A stretch of DNA of 64,000 bases from Macrostomum hystrix (taxonomy: Eukaryota > Animalia > Platyhelminthes): NCBI GenBank assembly GCA_950097015.1, contig CATNEN010000005.1:2294001-2358000 (forward strand), given 5' to 3'. The position numbers and the translations under genes were made by a program. Below, in pieces: positions 1 through 11,999 of the stretch (position 1 is its first letter; each line of letters starts with the position of its first letter). The notes under the pieces are model-generated. The model was not told the origin of the DNA, ran no database searches, and was given only the letters and a program-made list of their open reading frames with translations.

Positions 1-1336
1 AGCGACCGTTGGTCGACGGGCGTCTGGCGTCGGCTAGTTGCGCAATTTCGTGATCGCGAAGGCGATCGATCTGATCGGCCAGTAGGGCCAAATCACGCAA
101 ACGATTGGCCACCTGAGGAGGTTGGGAGAATAATAATGGGATAAATTCTACTTTTGAGATAAAAGGTGAGATTTTAAATCTCACCCCTAAGATTCTAAAT
201 CTCACCCCTAAGATTCTAAATCTCACCCCTAAGATTCTTAATCTCACCCCTAACATTCTAAACCTCACCCCCGATATTCTAAGTCTAACCATGAGATTCT
301 CAATCTTACCCCTGAGATTCTCAATCTTACCCCCCCTGATATTCTAAATCTCACCCCTGATACTCTAAATCTCACCCCTGATACTCTAAGCCTTAGCCGT
401 GAGATTCTAAATCCGGCGCCTGATGTTCTAAATCAGGCGCCTGAGATTCTAAATCTCGTGCCTGAGATTCTAAATCTCACGCCTGATATTCTAAGTCTAG
501 ACGTGAGATTCTAAATCTCACCCCTGATATTCTAGGTTTAACACCTAAGATTATAAATCTCATACTGAAATGTATAATCTTACCCTTGATATTCACAATT
601 TCATCCCCTCAGATTCTAAATCATATATCTAAGATAAAGACATCACCTTAAATTGTTCCTTTTTTAACCTCACAAATATGGACATTCTAAATATCCCCAA
701 CTAGGATATTATAAACTTGCCCAGTATGAGTTTAAAAATTTGTCCCACCTTTCTATCCAACTCCAGCAGGTGCAGTCGCCTCTCCAACTCGTGCAGTCGC
801 TGCAGCCCAGCCTGCAGTCGCGGCAATGCGGCCGCGTGTCGCATTCCCAGACTGTCGGCTCCGTTGCAGTGCAAGGTGACACCGAGCGCGGGCTGACAGG
901 CGAACTTGGCTGTGGCTTCTCGAAGAGCCGCTCTTAGCGCTTCTTGATTGAGTCTGGCAGCCGCTGCAGCCGCCGCAGCCGACGATGGAGGCCATCGACG
1001 ACCGACAACAGTCCTGGCCGACGTTGATCCGCTTGTCTCCAACGAGCCCAACAAGTTATTAGCATTATTAGCGTCACTGTGGTTGGATCCTGTTGAACTA
1101 GTCGATGCATCTTGACGAATGATGCAGTGCCGGCCTGTCGGCGAGCGATGCTGCAAAGGCGGCGCTCGCGACATTGGCATTTCATCGTTGTCGTCTTCGT
1201 CGCAGTCTAGACGGACGTCTTCGTTGTCGACGCTGTCTATACGACGATTGTAGGCCTCGGTATTCGGGCCAACAACGCTTGGTTCATCGTCGACAGGCTT
1301 GGCTCGGCCGATGCTCCCTAGCAAGGCGCGACTCAT
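1..1336 (-). CDS. Partial gene, uncharacterised Ser/Ala-rich protein with C-terminal coiled-coil-like segment; exons 1336..749 and 112..<1 (continues beyond window)
   Basis: ORF from ATG 1336; donor AAG|GTGGGA after 749 (phase 0); acceptor CTCAG before 112 gives an open frame VANRLRDLALLADQIDRLRDHEIAQLADARRPSTNGR to the window edge. Both exons are GC-rich against an AT-rich intron. Confidence 0.7.
168..640. repeat. Degenerate 21-bp minisatellite (TCTCACCCCTRAGATTCTAAA) inside the gene 1 intron
   Basis: About 20 tandem copies, diverging to the right; internal dyad GAGATT-CTA-AATCTC. Confidence 0.9.
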
Positions 1337-2469
1337 GCTGAAGAATAATTTGACTTTTGATTTGTACTTTTATAATGCACTTTTATGATGTACTTTTAGA
1401 ATGTACTTTTATTTTGTACTTTAGAATGTACTTTTGTATTTTTTATAGATGGCACCAAGTTCGCTTGGAAAGTCGCTTGAAGCAAAATAAAGATACGACA
1501 AAAATTATTTTCTGCTATATGAAATCGTAAAATGATGTAGGGAGAAGTTATGATTTATTTTTGTTAAAGTTTAAGTAATCACAAAACGAGACTGAAGTTT
1601 ACAAATTGAAGCTCTCAATTTTAACTAAAGCCTGCATTTAAGTCAATGTTTAGTTGTATTAAAATGGACTGAGCATGTCAAAGGGAAACTTAAAAAACGT
1701 TTAATTAACGACATACCCATAGTTAATGTGGTCCAATAGGAAAAAATCTCTGCCTAATTAACAAAATAATTCTTTTGTCTAGCAAAAAAACTTGGGAATT
1801 AGTAAAGGTATAAAAAACTAAAACTAAAAATAATACGACAATCCCAGCCAGCCTTTGGATTTTAAAGAATGCACTTTTGCATGCGACTGGGACGGAATAA
1901 TTTCGGGTGAAGAAGGTAAAAAATGTTCTGTTTTGCAGCTGCTGACAAAAAATGGTGTGTATTTACTCTGTGCCAGTACAACTAAAAGTAAATAGATCCT
2001 GTTGGAGACAACGGGAGAGGTATTTCTACCCCTATCTAGGAAGGGATAAGAGACGGGGATGAAATTTTTGCGTGGGAGGAATGCGGAAAACTCGCAGCTT
2101 CTCCCACTGACACTGATCCCCGCTTGGATACCAAAAGATCCCATTCTGTCTGGCTTTCTGACAGAAAAACTTACTTTAATAATTCTTCTTTAGGGCTAAT
2201 TATGGAATGTAGCTTAAACAATTGATGAAAAAATGTTCAAGTCTTAATTTGGCATTCTTTTTTAGTTCTAAAAGATCAGAGAGTCCTACTTTTTGTGCCC
2301 GAAAATTCAACTGTCTTGCATCCAGTTAATTCCAAATACATATTAAAGTGCAAATAAAGTAATGTTTTCTTATGTAAAATGCGAAAACCTAAAGCAAGGA
2401 AATAATCGGGATCAATGTAACAGGACAGGAAATTGACTCTGGAGTTCTGGCTTTTATTAGGAATTAGTA

Positions 2470-3745
2470 TGGGTTTTGGGATTTAGTTCGAATGTAGGAT
2501 TTCTAGGATTTGGAATTCGGTTCAGATGTGGGATGTCAAGGTTTTGGGATCTGAGAAGAATGTGAGATCCCTATGGTTGGGAGCTGTTTGGGATGTGGGA
2601 TCTCAAGGTTTGGGGATTCGGTTAGAATATGGGATCTCAGGGTTTGGGAGCTGTTTGGGATGTGGGATCTCATGGTTTGGGGATTCGGTTAGAATATGGG
2701 ATCTTAGGGTTTGTAGATTCGGTTAGAATATGGGATCTCATGGTTTTCGGGATTCGGTTAAAATATGGGATCTCAAGGTTTGGGGATTCGATTAGAATAT
2801 GGGATCTCAGGGTTTGGTGATTCGGTTAGAATTGGGATCTCATGGTTTGAGGATTCGGTTAGAATGTGGGATCTCAGGGTTTGGGGATTCGGTTAAAATA
2901 TGGGATCTCAAGGTTTGGGGATTCGATTAGAATATGGGATCTCAGGGTTTGGGGATTCGGTTAGAATATGGGATCTCAGGGTTTGGGAGCTGTTTGGGAT
3001 GTGGGATCTCATGGTTTGGGGATTCGGTTAAAATATGGGATCTCAAGGTTTGGGGATTCGATTAGAATATGGGATCTCATGGTTTGGGGATTCGATTAAA
3101 ATATGGGATCTCAGAATTTTGGGGAATCGATTAGAATATGGGATCTCATGGTTTGGGGAATCGATTAGAATATGGGATCTCAGGGTTTGGGGTTTTGATT
3201 AGAATATGGGATCTCATGGTTTGGGGATTCGGTTAGAATATGGGATCTCAGGGTTTGGGGATTCGATTAGAATGTGGGATCTCAGGGTTTGGGGTTTCGA
3301 TTAGAATATGGGATCTCTGGGTTTGTGGATTCGATTAGAATATGGGATCTCATGGTTTTGGAATTTGGTTCTCTTGGTTCGGGGATTCAGTTAAAATGTG
3401 GGATCTCAAGGTTTGGGAATTCGGTTAGAATATGGGATCTCAGGGTTTGGGGATTCGATTAGAATGTGGGATCTCAGGGTTTGGGGTTTCGATTAGAATA
3501 TGGGATCTCTGGGTTTGTGGATTCGATTAGAATATGGGATCTCATGGTTTTGGAATTTGGTTCTCATGGTTCGGGGATTCAGTTAAAATGTGGGATCTCA
3601 AGGTTTGGGAATTCGGTTAGAATATGGTATCTCATGGTTTGGGGATTCGGTTAGAATATGGGATCTCAAGGTTTGGGGATTCGGTTAGAATATGGGATCT
3701 CAGGGTTTGGGGATTCGGTTAGAATATGGGATCTCAGTGTTTTGG
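2470..3745. repeat. 34-bp G-rich minisatellite (GGGATTCGGTTAGAATATGGGATCTCAGGGTTTG)
   Basis: More than 30 tandem copies; a 192-bp block is duplicated (near-identical ORFs at 3274 and 3466). Confidence 0.95.
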
Positions 3746-6700
3746 GATTGCGTTCAAGTGCGGGATTTTTCATGTGATTTCTTTAAAACATTTTTTAACC
3801 TTCAAAAGTTACTAAAACGAAGCTAGAAATGTATTTTTCAGAAAAGAATATTAAATAATGGTTATGGTCAGAAAAATGAGAAAATAACCCGGAGAAAGAG
3901 AGACAGAGAGAAATGCAGAGCAAAAACGCGCTGAGAATCTCTGCAGGTTAGTTGAAGCAACCGACCCTTGCAGACGAAGAGAGGCGAGGTGGGCTCAAGG
4001 GCTGGCTGAGATGGACACAGAGAGAGAGAGAGTAGAATAGCCATCGATCCTTCACACAGGCTTGCCATATGACGACTGAAACGACTGAACTGAGCAGAGC
4101 AGTTGGGTGGTGGGAGGGGAAATTGATCGGAAAATCCCAAACTAAAATCCCCTTTTCTTAGCCTTGAGCCGAGACTTAACAGTCTACTGTTATTTCTCTC
4201 TAGCCCGGAACAGTTTGTCTTCTTTCCATCTGCCAGAGGCTTCAAAGCATTGTGGCGGTCAGGCTAAAAGTGATGGCTTAAATCTTGGCTATTATATTAT
4301 GCACGGATGCATGACGCATATGCATACAGGTCCATTTCCTTCTTGCATAAATGTAAATAATTTTGTTTCTTAGAATAGTTCAGGCCTAAAGTGGACTACT
4401 ATCTCGGCAGACAAACAATCTTCATCAACAAAAGATAGAAGCCTTTGTTTTGACCGATGCTCTCCATGTGATTAGATCCATGCGTCATTTTCATATTTTC
4501 TTTGAACTAAGAACTACATAAGTCGTTTCATTAAAAGAGGAATTCCATCTTAGTCAAGCTATATTTGTGCGTCAAATTTTCATGTAAATTTAAATATCAT
4601 GAAGATCTATAAACGTTTTGAAATATACTAAATCCGCTGTTAAAACAAATGTTATACTCACTCATGTAATATGAAAGCATTAGCCCAATAATGCAATTTT
4701 GAACAGTATAAAAGGTCTAATGTTTTTAGTTAAACTCTAGACAATAATATTCTCCTTAACATGTATAATTCTAACATAAAGCTTAACTTTTATCTTTGAA
4801 ACTTACTGTTTCTCATGTGAGCATTTTAGCTGAACAAGCTGCTTAAATGATGAACCTTGATTCTCAAGCAAGTAAACTAGATAATGAATAACTAAATATC
4901 AACATTGAAATACTAGAGATACTTTTCAAATTTTTTATAAAGACATAATAAATAATGCAGATATCACTCATTTAAATCATTTAACCAAATGATTAATACT
5001 AGTGAAATATTGCAAGACTAGACAAAAACGAGATACTGAATGAATGTTGATTGTATTTTTCGTTCATGGATCTAGTTTACAATAGTTTTTCGCTAATTTT
5101 GTGTTGTAATTAATCTCTACAATGTAATAGCTACTTCACCAAATTGTTAAAATTCAATTTCAAGACGTTAGACTTCTACATTAAATCAGTTTTTATGTAT
5201 GAGTTCCATTGTTTATAGTAAAAGAAAACATAAAAATACAAACCAAAATAGAAACGAAGTGAGGATAGTAATAAGTGCGAAAACCAGGCTTTTGTAATAA
5301 AGTCGAGCTACTCGATCAGCGAAGATGAAATATAAACAACAATTTTTGTTTTCGTGTCGCATTTAAACTGCTTCCATTTTTTGCAGGCATTAGTTTAAAA
5401 ATAAATTAAAATTATTAGTTTACTAAAATTACTTTTAACATGCTTATTTATTATTCGTCTTGTTTCAATTTACTTCTCAGTTTTTTATTTTGATATAACA
5501 CACAGAAATGTTGCTAAACTTTAAAAAACAAAAAATGCTGAACAAGCCACGATTTAAATGACCCAATGAATCTGACTGACCCAGTGCCTGTAACTGACAA
5601 AATGTAATAATTATTTTATATGTTAGGCCTAGCTAATAAAAATAACCCGTCGCTTGCCATGACAACAGGCAGAAGTCTCTAATACATTCGTGTTCTATGT
5701 TTAGTTTGTTCTTACATGCTGCACACACAAAGGTTACTAGCCTTTTCAACATTTTTTTTATTCAAATCTTTTACTCATGCTGAAAAGTAGACAGGTGAGA
5801 CTGAGTGTCGTAAGTAGGCCTGGTATCGCATCACAGTAAATCGGTTACTTATGAATGAAATATTAATAAATAACTGTATGACTTTTTACTGTTAGGCACT
5901 GTTATGAGGTAGACTGTTTCACATTCCTTAAATACCTTTTTGCTGATCCTTTTTATTTTTCAACTAGAAGAATTGAATATATTTTGGTTTTAACTATAAA
6001 ACTTTAAGACTTGTTTTGAAAAATTCTATTTTCTTAATTTTAGCCAAGTCCTCAGAAATGTAAAATACAGAAGAAGAATAATAATAATTAGGCCTATCGT
6101 TTAGGGGCATACCTTGGCTGTCTCCTATTTGTAGCACTTGCAGCATTTTTTCACTAAAACATGTTAGGGCCTTACAGTCTTAATCTAGTCTAAATTTAGA
6201 TTACCAATATGCTTATTTTAATACATGCGCAACCTCCCAAATCTTAGCCGGCTGTGCGACTTAGTTTTTGCTCTCATTTGCGACTTAGTTCATTTCATTG
6301 CTCTATTTACAACTTAGTTTGCTCTCATTTGCTCTCTTTTTCTCTCCCCTTTTTCCTTTTCTTCACGCCTTCCTTTTTTGTCCCTTGGTCCCCCCTTTGA
6401 TTTTTTTGCGCTTGGTCTATTGGTTTTTGCAACTTACCTTGCTTGGCCCTCGTTTCACCCGGCCGGTTCGGCTGGGTCGGCCAGGTGTTGCGCATGTATG
6501 CTTATTTTTATACAGAAATTTATCAGTGTATTCATTTAACAATTTGATTAGGCAACCTTTGATACATATTAGGGGTTGGATGGGATCAAGATTTTTTGGA
6601 TTGGTTGGGATCAGGATAGACTTCATTTATTTCTGGGCAGGATCAGGTGGGATTTGGGATGGGAGGAGCCTATGCCTAACCTAAAAGGAGATCTGGAGTT

Positions 6701-7604
6701 GGAGACTGTCCTTTAAGTTTTAACATCAGTTAAAACCTTAGTTCTTCCATGCCAGTTCAGCCTACATTGAATTTTTCAAGCAGTTTTTTTTATTTTTGCC
6801 TAGCTATTCATATATTAGGGGCATGAGATGAGCCCATCCCAATTCCCAACTTTCTAAGAGTTGGGATCAAGACACCAAAATTTATTGGGATCCCAAGTTT
6901 TCAGGATCAAGTAATAAGTGATAATTTCTGAGGCCTGTCTTCTGTATTTAAAAATCCCATTTGCATTTGCACCTGAAATTTGTTTTAGAATTTATGTTGT
7001 GCACTATTGGTCTCTTCCTATTAAAATTTTGTTTCAAGGTTCAGTGCTATACTTATGTTATACTTAAAATCACATTTTTAATGCATAATCTTTTGTTGCT
7101 TTTACTTCTTAGGAAATTTGTGCAAAGAATCCAATAGGGTTAGTGGCTAGGTATGCCTTACTGTTTAGTAAGTCAGAATCTGAACTTAGTTTTAGCTACC
7201 ATTTATGTTATCTATATCTCAATCTCAATGCTGGAGGTATCTCTGTGTTTTGTTTTAAAAAGACTAACCTCAATCATTTAGTGAGCAACTTTTCTTGACC
7301 AATATTGTGCTAGTTGCAACTATGCCTAGCAAAACAACTTTTCATGTGAGTCTAGGGTCTTTTATTGTCAGCCTCAACACTGTCCTACTAATTAACAGAC
7401 TTGTAAATAGAAAATAGAAGCAGGCATGAAAGTCAGCTCTTAATTAACTGCTAAAAACTAGAATTTGAGCTCCTATTCTATAGTAGCTAGTATGCACTAT
7501 GATTTGATACCTGATGATATTTTGTCTATAAGCTTTCAATTGACACATTACAGAAAGCAAACACTCAATCTAAGAAAAAAAATCTGATAGAATAAAAAGC
7601 AACA

Positions 7605-8636
7605 ATGCCAATCGATTGGACTCAAGAGGAGGTGCTCACGGGTACCACCATCATGGCCGTTGAGTACAATGGCGGCGTTGTGATTGGCGCAGATTCGCGC
7701 ACCTCCTCTGGCACCTATGTGACTAATCGCACTCAGGATAAGCTGACTCCATTGACTGAGCACATCTACTGCTGCCGCTCCGGCTCCGCTGCCGACACTC
7801 AGGCGATTGCTGATCACGTGCGCTATTATTTAGACTTTAGTCGCATCTCTCAAGGTCGCGAGCCAACTGTACGCTACGCTGCCCACGTTATGAAGAGCAT
7901 TCTTTATAATAATCGCGACAATTTGTCTGCCGCCGTCATTGTAGCCGGTTGGGACGAAGTAAACGGTGAGCTGATTGTCAACGTGAGCTCTTATCTGCAG
8001 CAGGGTCTAGAGATGACCCGAAATTTCGGTATTTACTTTCTATTTTGAGTACATGGTTACCCTGGCAGTGACAGCGAAACCTTCATTCATTCCATCTTTT
8101 GGAATTAATCCTTGAATCTCAAGGAATGAGTCATGAACACACCTTACCCACCTTACCACCCATTCTTCCATTTTAACTCGTGTCCAAAATGAAACAGGCT
8201 TCTGCTCGATTCACACTCTAAGCTGAGATAAACAGACACCCTCATTAGAACATAGAACACACTCACTCATATCAAATCAGTTTCTCTGACCATTCAATTC
8301 ACCCCCTAACTTTTGCTTTCTGTCCATCCATCCTTCATTGGATTCTGCTTTCCAGGCGGTCAGGTGTACTGCATTCCCCTTGGCGGCCTGCTAGTCCGTC
8401 AGCCAGTGGCCGCGGGCGGCTCAGGCAGCACCTACATCTGGGGTCACCTTGACTCCGCCTTTGAGCCCGGCATGACGGAGATTCAGTGCCAAGAATTTGT
8501 AGCCAAATCTGTCAGCCTGGCTATTAAACGCGACGGATCTAGCGGCGGCGTCTGCCGATTGGCTGTCATTGACAAGGCTGGCGTACACAGGCGCATCATT
8601 ATGCACGAGGATCTGCCGAAATCCTACAATGGCTAG
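7605..8636 (+). CDS. PSMB6: 20S proteasome subunit beta type-6 (beta1), 213 aa; exons 7605..7965, 8356..8636
   Basis: Propeptide-G|TTIMAVEYNGGVVIGADSRT, DKLT, CCRSGSAADTQA, GGSGSTYIWG and RDGSSGGVCRL are beta1 hallmarks. Donor G|GTGAGC and acceptor TTTCCAG|GC join in phase 1 to give WDEVNGGQVY. Confidence 0.97.
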
Positions 8637-9121
8637 AATTTAGAAAAAATGTTTCAAGCAAATGATTGGGTTTGTTAACTATTAATGCTTCGTTTATTGT
8701 ATGAAATTTAAAACAAATAAGTAAGAAAAATGTTCAATTTATTCTACTAAACTAAGTGAACTAAATTAGTAGTATGATGCGGATGGCGAACTAGACTTTT
8801 GTTGTATATCCCGGTTGGCCAGTTTTGCAGTCTGTCTCTAGCTATGAAATCTTTCGCTGTTTTTATTTCTATAGAATCCAGTTTTTGCTATTGCTTTGAC
8901 GGGTAATTTTGGGCTGGCTTGCTTATTGAAGTAAATCATAAGACTGACCGACTGGACATATAATACACTGTCACAGGTGCGCCTAAATGTTCTATAATAA
9001 ATTATTTAGCTAAACAAACCTATTGTTTCGTCAGTACTCAGTGCCATAATCATGGCGAATTTCTCACACTAAAAAACAATTTGGTGTCACAATTTTGCTT
9101 TTTTACTTCTGTAAAGAATCG

Positions 9122-11635
9122 TGCAGCCACAGCACTGCAGACTGCACAAACCATGAAGCCACAGCACTGCAGGCTGCACAAACCATGAAGCCACAGCACT
9201 GCAGACTGCACAAACCATGAAGCCACAGCACTGCAGACTGCACAAACCATGAAGCCACAGCACTGCAGACTGCACAAACCATGAAGCCACAGCACTGCAG
9301 ACTGCACAAACCATGAAGCCACAGCACTGCAGACTGCACAAACCATGAAGCCACAGCACTGCAGACTGCACAAACAATGAAGCCACAGCACTGCAGACTG
9401 CACAAACCATGAAGCCACAGCACTGCAGGCTGCACAAACCATGAAGCCACAGCACTGCAGACTGCACAAACCATGAAGCCACAGCACTGCAGACTGCACA
9501 AACCATGAAGCCACAGCACTGCAGGCTGCACAAACCATGAAGCCACAGCACTGCAGACTGCACAAACCATGAAGCCACAGCACTGCAGACTGCACAAACC
9601 ATGAAGCCACAGCACTGCAGGCTGCACAAACCATGAAGCCACAGCACTGCAGACTGCACAAACCATGAAGCCACAGCACTGCAGACTGCACAAACCATGA
9701 AGCCACAGCACTGCAGACTGCACAAACCATGAAGCCACAGCACTGCAGGCTGCACAAACCATGAAGCCACAGCACTGCAGACTGCACAAACCATGAAGCC
9801 ACAGCACTGCAGACTGCACAAACCATGAAGCCACAGCACTGCAGACTGCACAAACCATGAAGCCACAGCACTGCAGACTGCACAAACCATGAAGCCACAG
9901 CACTGCAGACTGCACAAACCATGAAGCCACAGCACTGCAGACTGCACAAACCATGAAGCCACAGCACTGCAGGCTGCACAAACCATGAAGCCACAGCACT
10001 GCAGACTGCACAAACCATGAAGCCACAGCACTGCAGGCTGCACAAACCATGAAGCCACAGCACTGCAGGCTGCACAAACCATGAAGCCACAGCACTGCAG
10101 ACTGCACAAACCATGAAGCCACAGCACTGCAGACTGCACAAACCATGAAGCCACAGCACTGCAGACTGCACAAACCATGAAGCCACAGCACTGCAGACTG
10201 CACAAACCATGAAGCCACAGCACTGCAGACTGCACAAACCATGAAGCCACAGCACTGCAGGCTGCACAAACCATGAAGCCACAGCACTGCAGACTGCACA
10301 AACCATGAAGCCACAGCACTGCAGACTGCACAAACCATGAAGCCACAGCACTGCAGACTGCACAAACCATGAAGCCACAGCACTGCAGACTGCACAAACC
10401 ATGAAGCCACAGCACTGCAGGCTGCACAAACCATGAAGCCACAGCACTGCAGACTGCACAAACCATGAAGCCACAGCACTGCAGACTGCACAAACCATGA
10501 AGCCACAGCACTGCAGACTGCACAAACCATGAAGCCACAGCACTGCAGACTGCACAAACCATGAAGCCACAGCACTGCAGACTGCACAAACCATGAAGCC
10601 ACAGCACTGCAGACTGCACAAACCATGAAGCCACAGCACTGCAGACTGCACAAACAATGAAGCCACAGCACTGCAGACTGCACAAACCATGAAGCCACAG
10701 CACTGCAGACTGCACAAACCATGAAGCCACAGCACTGCAGACTGCACAAACCATGAAGCCACAGCACTGCAGGCTGCACAAACCATGAAGCCACAGCACT
10801 GCAGACTGCACAAACCATGAAGCCACAGCACTGCAGACTGCACAAACCATGAAGCCACAGCACTGCAGGCTGCACAAACCATGAAGCCACAGCACTGCAG
10901 ACTGCACAAACCATGAAGCCACAGCACTGCAGACTGCACAAACCATGAAGCCACAGCACTGCAGGCTGCACAAACCATGAAGCCACAGCACTGCAGACTG
11001 CACAAACCATGAAGCCACAGCACTGCAGGCTGCACAAACCATGAAGCCACAGCACTGCAGGCTGCACAAACCATGAAGCCACAGCACTGCAGACTGCACA
11101 AACCATGAAGCCACAGCACTGCAGACTGCACAAACCATGAAGCCACAGCACTGCAGACTGCACAAACCATGAAGCCACAGCACTGCAGACTGCACAAACA
11201 ATGAAGCCACAGCACTGCAGACTGCACAAACCATGAAGCCACAGCACTGCAGACTGCACAAACCATGAAGCCACAGCACTGCAGACTGCACAAACCATGA
11301 AGCCACAGCACTGCAGGCTGCACAAACCATGAAGCCACAGCACTGCAGACTGCACAAACCATGAAGCCACAGCACTGCAGACTGCACAAACCATGAAGCC
11401 ACAGCACTGCAGGCTGCACAAACCATGAAGCCACAGCACTGCAGACTGCACAAACCATGAAGCCATAGAACTGCAGACTGCACAAACCATGAAGCCATAG
11501 AACTGCAGACTGCACAAACCATGAAGCCATAGAACTGCAGACTGCACAAACCATGAAGCCATAGAACTGCAGACTCCACAAACCATTAAGCCACAGAACT
11601 GGAGACTCCTCCACAGAACTGAAGCCACAGAACAT
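9122..11635. repeat. 32-bp minisatellite (CCACAGCACTGCAGACTGCACAAACCATGAAG), about 78 copies
   Basis: Highly homogeneous array with A/G variant (CAGAC/CAGGC); last units change to CCATAGAACTGCAG and decay. It produces the three 830-861 aa artefact ORFs. Confidence 0.98.
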
Positions 11636-11999
11636 GAATGAAGCTTTCTAATATTCGTTAAAGCAACAAGTCTTGCGATATATTAGATCTTCTAATAGGA
11701 AAAGTCCCTACCTCGCTAGTGTATTTTCCGTGAAAATCAGCATTTATTACATTTTCCAAGAAACTGAGTATCCCGTCCTTATTCTAGTGGTCCTTTGGAA
11801 AAGCATTTAGAATTGATTTAAATGACAAGCAGGCCCATTTGTCATTTTTACATCACAAATCAGTGTTTTAGTCTATGTCTTTTGCGTTTCCGACTGCCTG
11901 CAAAGGCTTGCAGTTATAAAACCAGAATAATTGTTTCGAAAATACGTCTCGCATATGTGAATTATTTGGCTAAAAAAATTAAACTGCAGTAATCGCAGC

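Noticed and set aside
3868-4245. 125-aa ORF / coding exon upstream of gene 1
   Set aside because: A 40-nt candidate exon (4005-3966) has a good acceptor but a weak donor and a stop in the required frame; at most a 5'UTR exon.
5652-5667. RFX X-box-like CTTGCCATGACAAC
   Set aside because: Imperfect single motif about 2 kb from the nearest start codon, with no supporting context.
9050-11635. Three 830-861 aa Cys-rich ORFs as metallothionein/keratin-associated-like genes
   Set aside because: All three frames give the same 32-aa period, which is what a stop-free 32-bp unit produces; there is no unique coding flank or codon-position bias.
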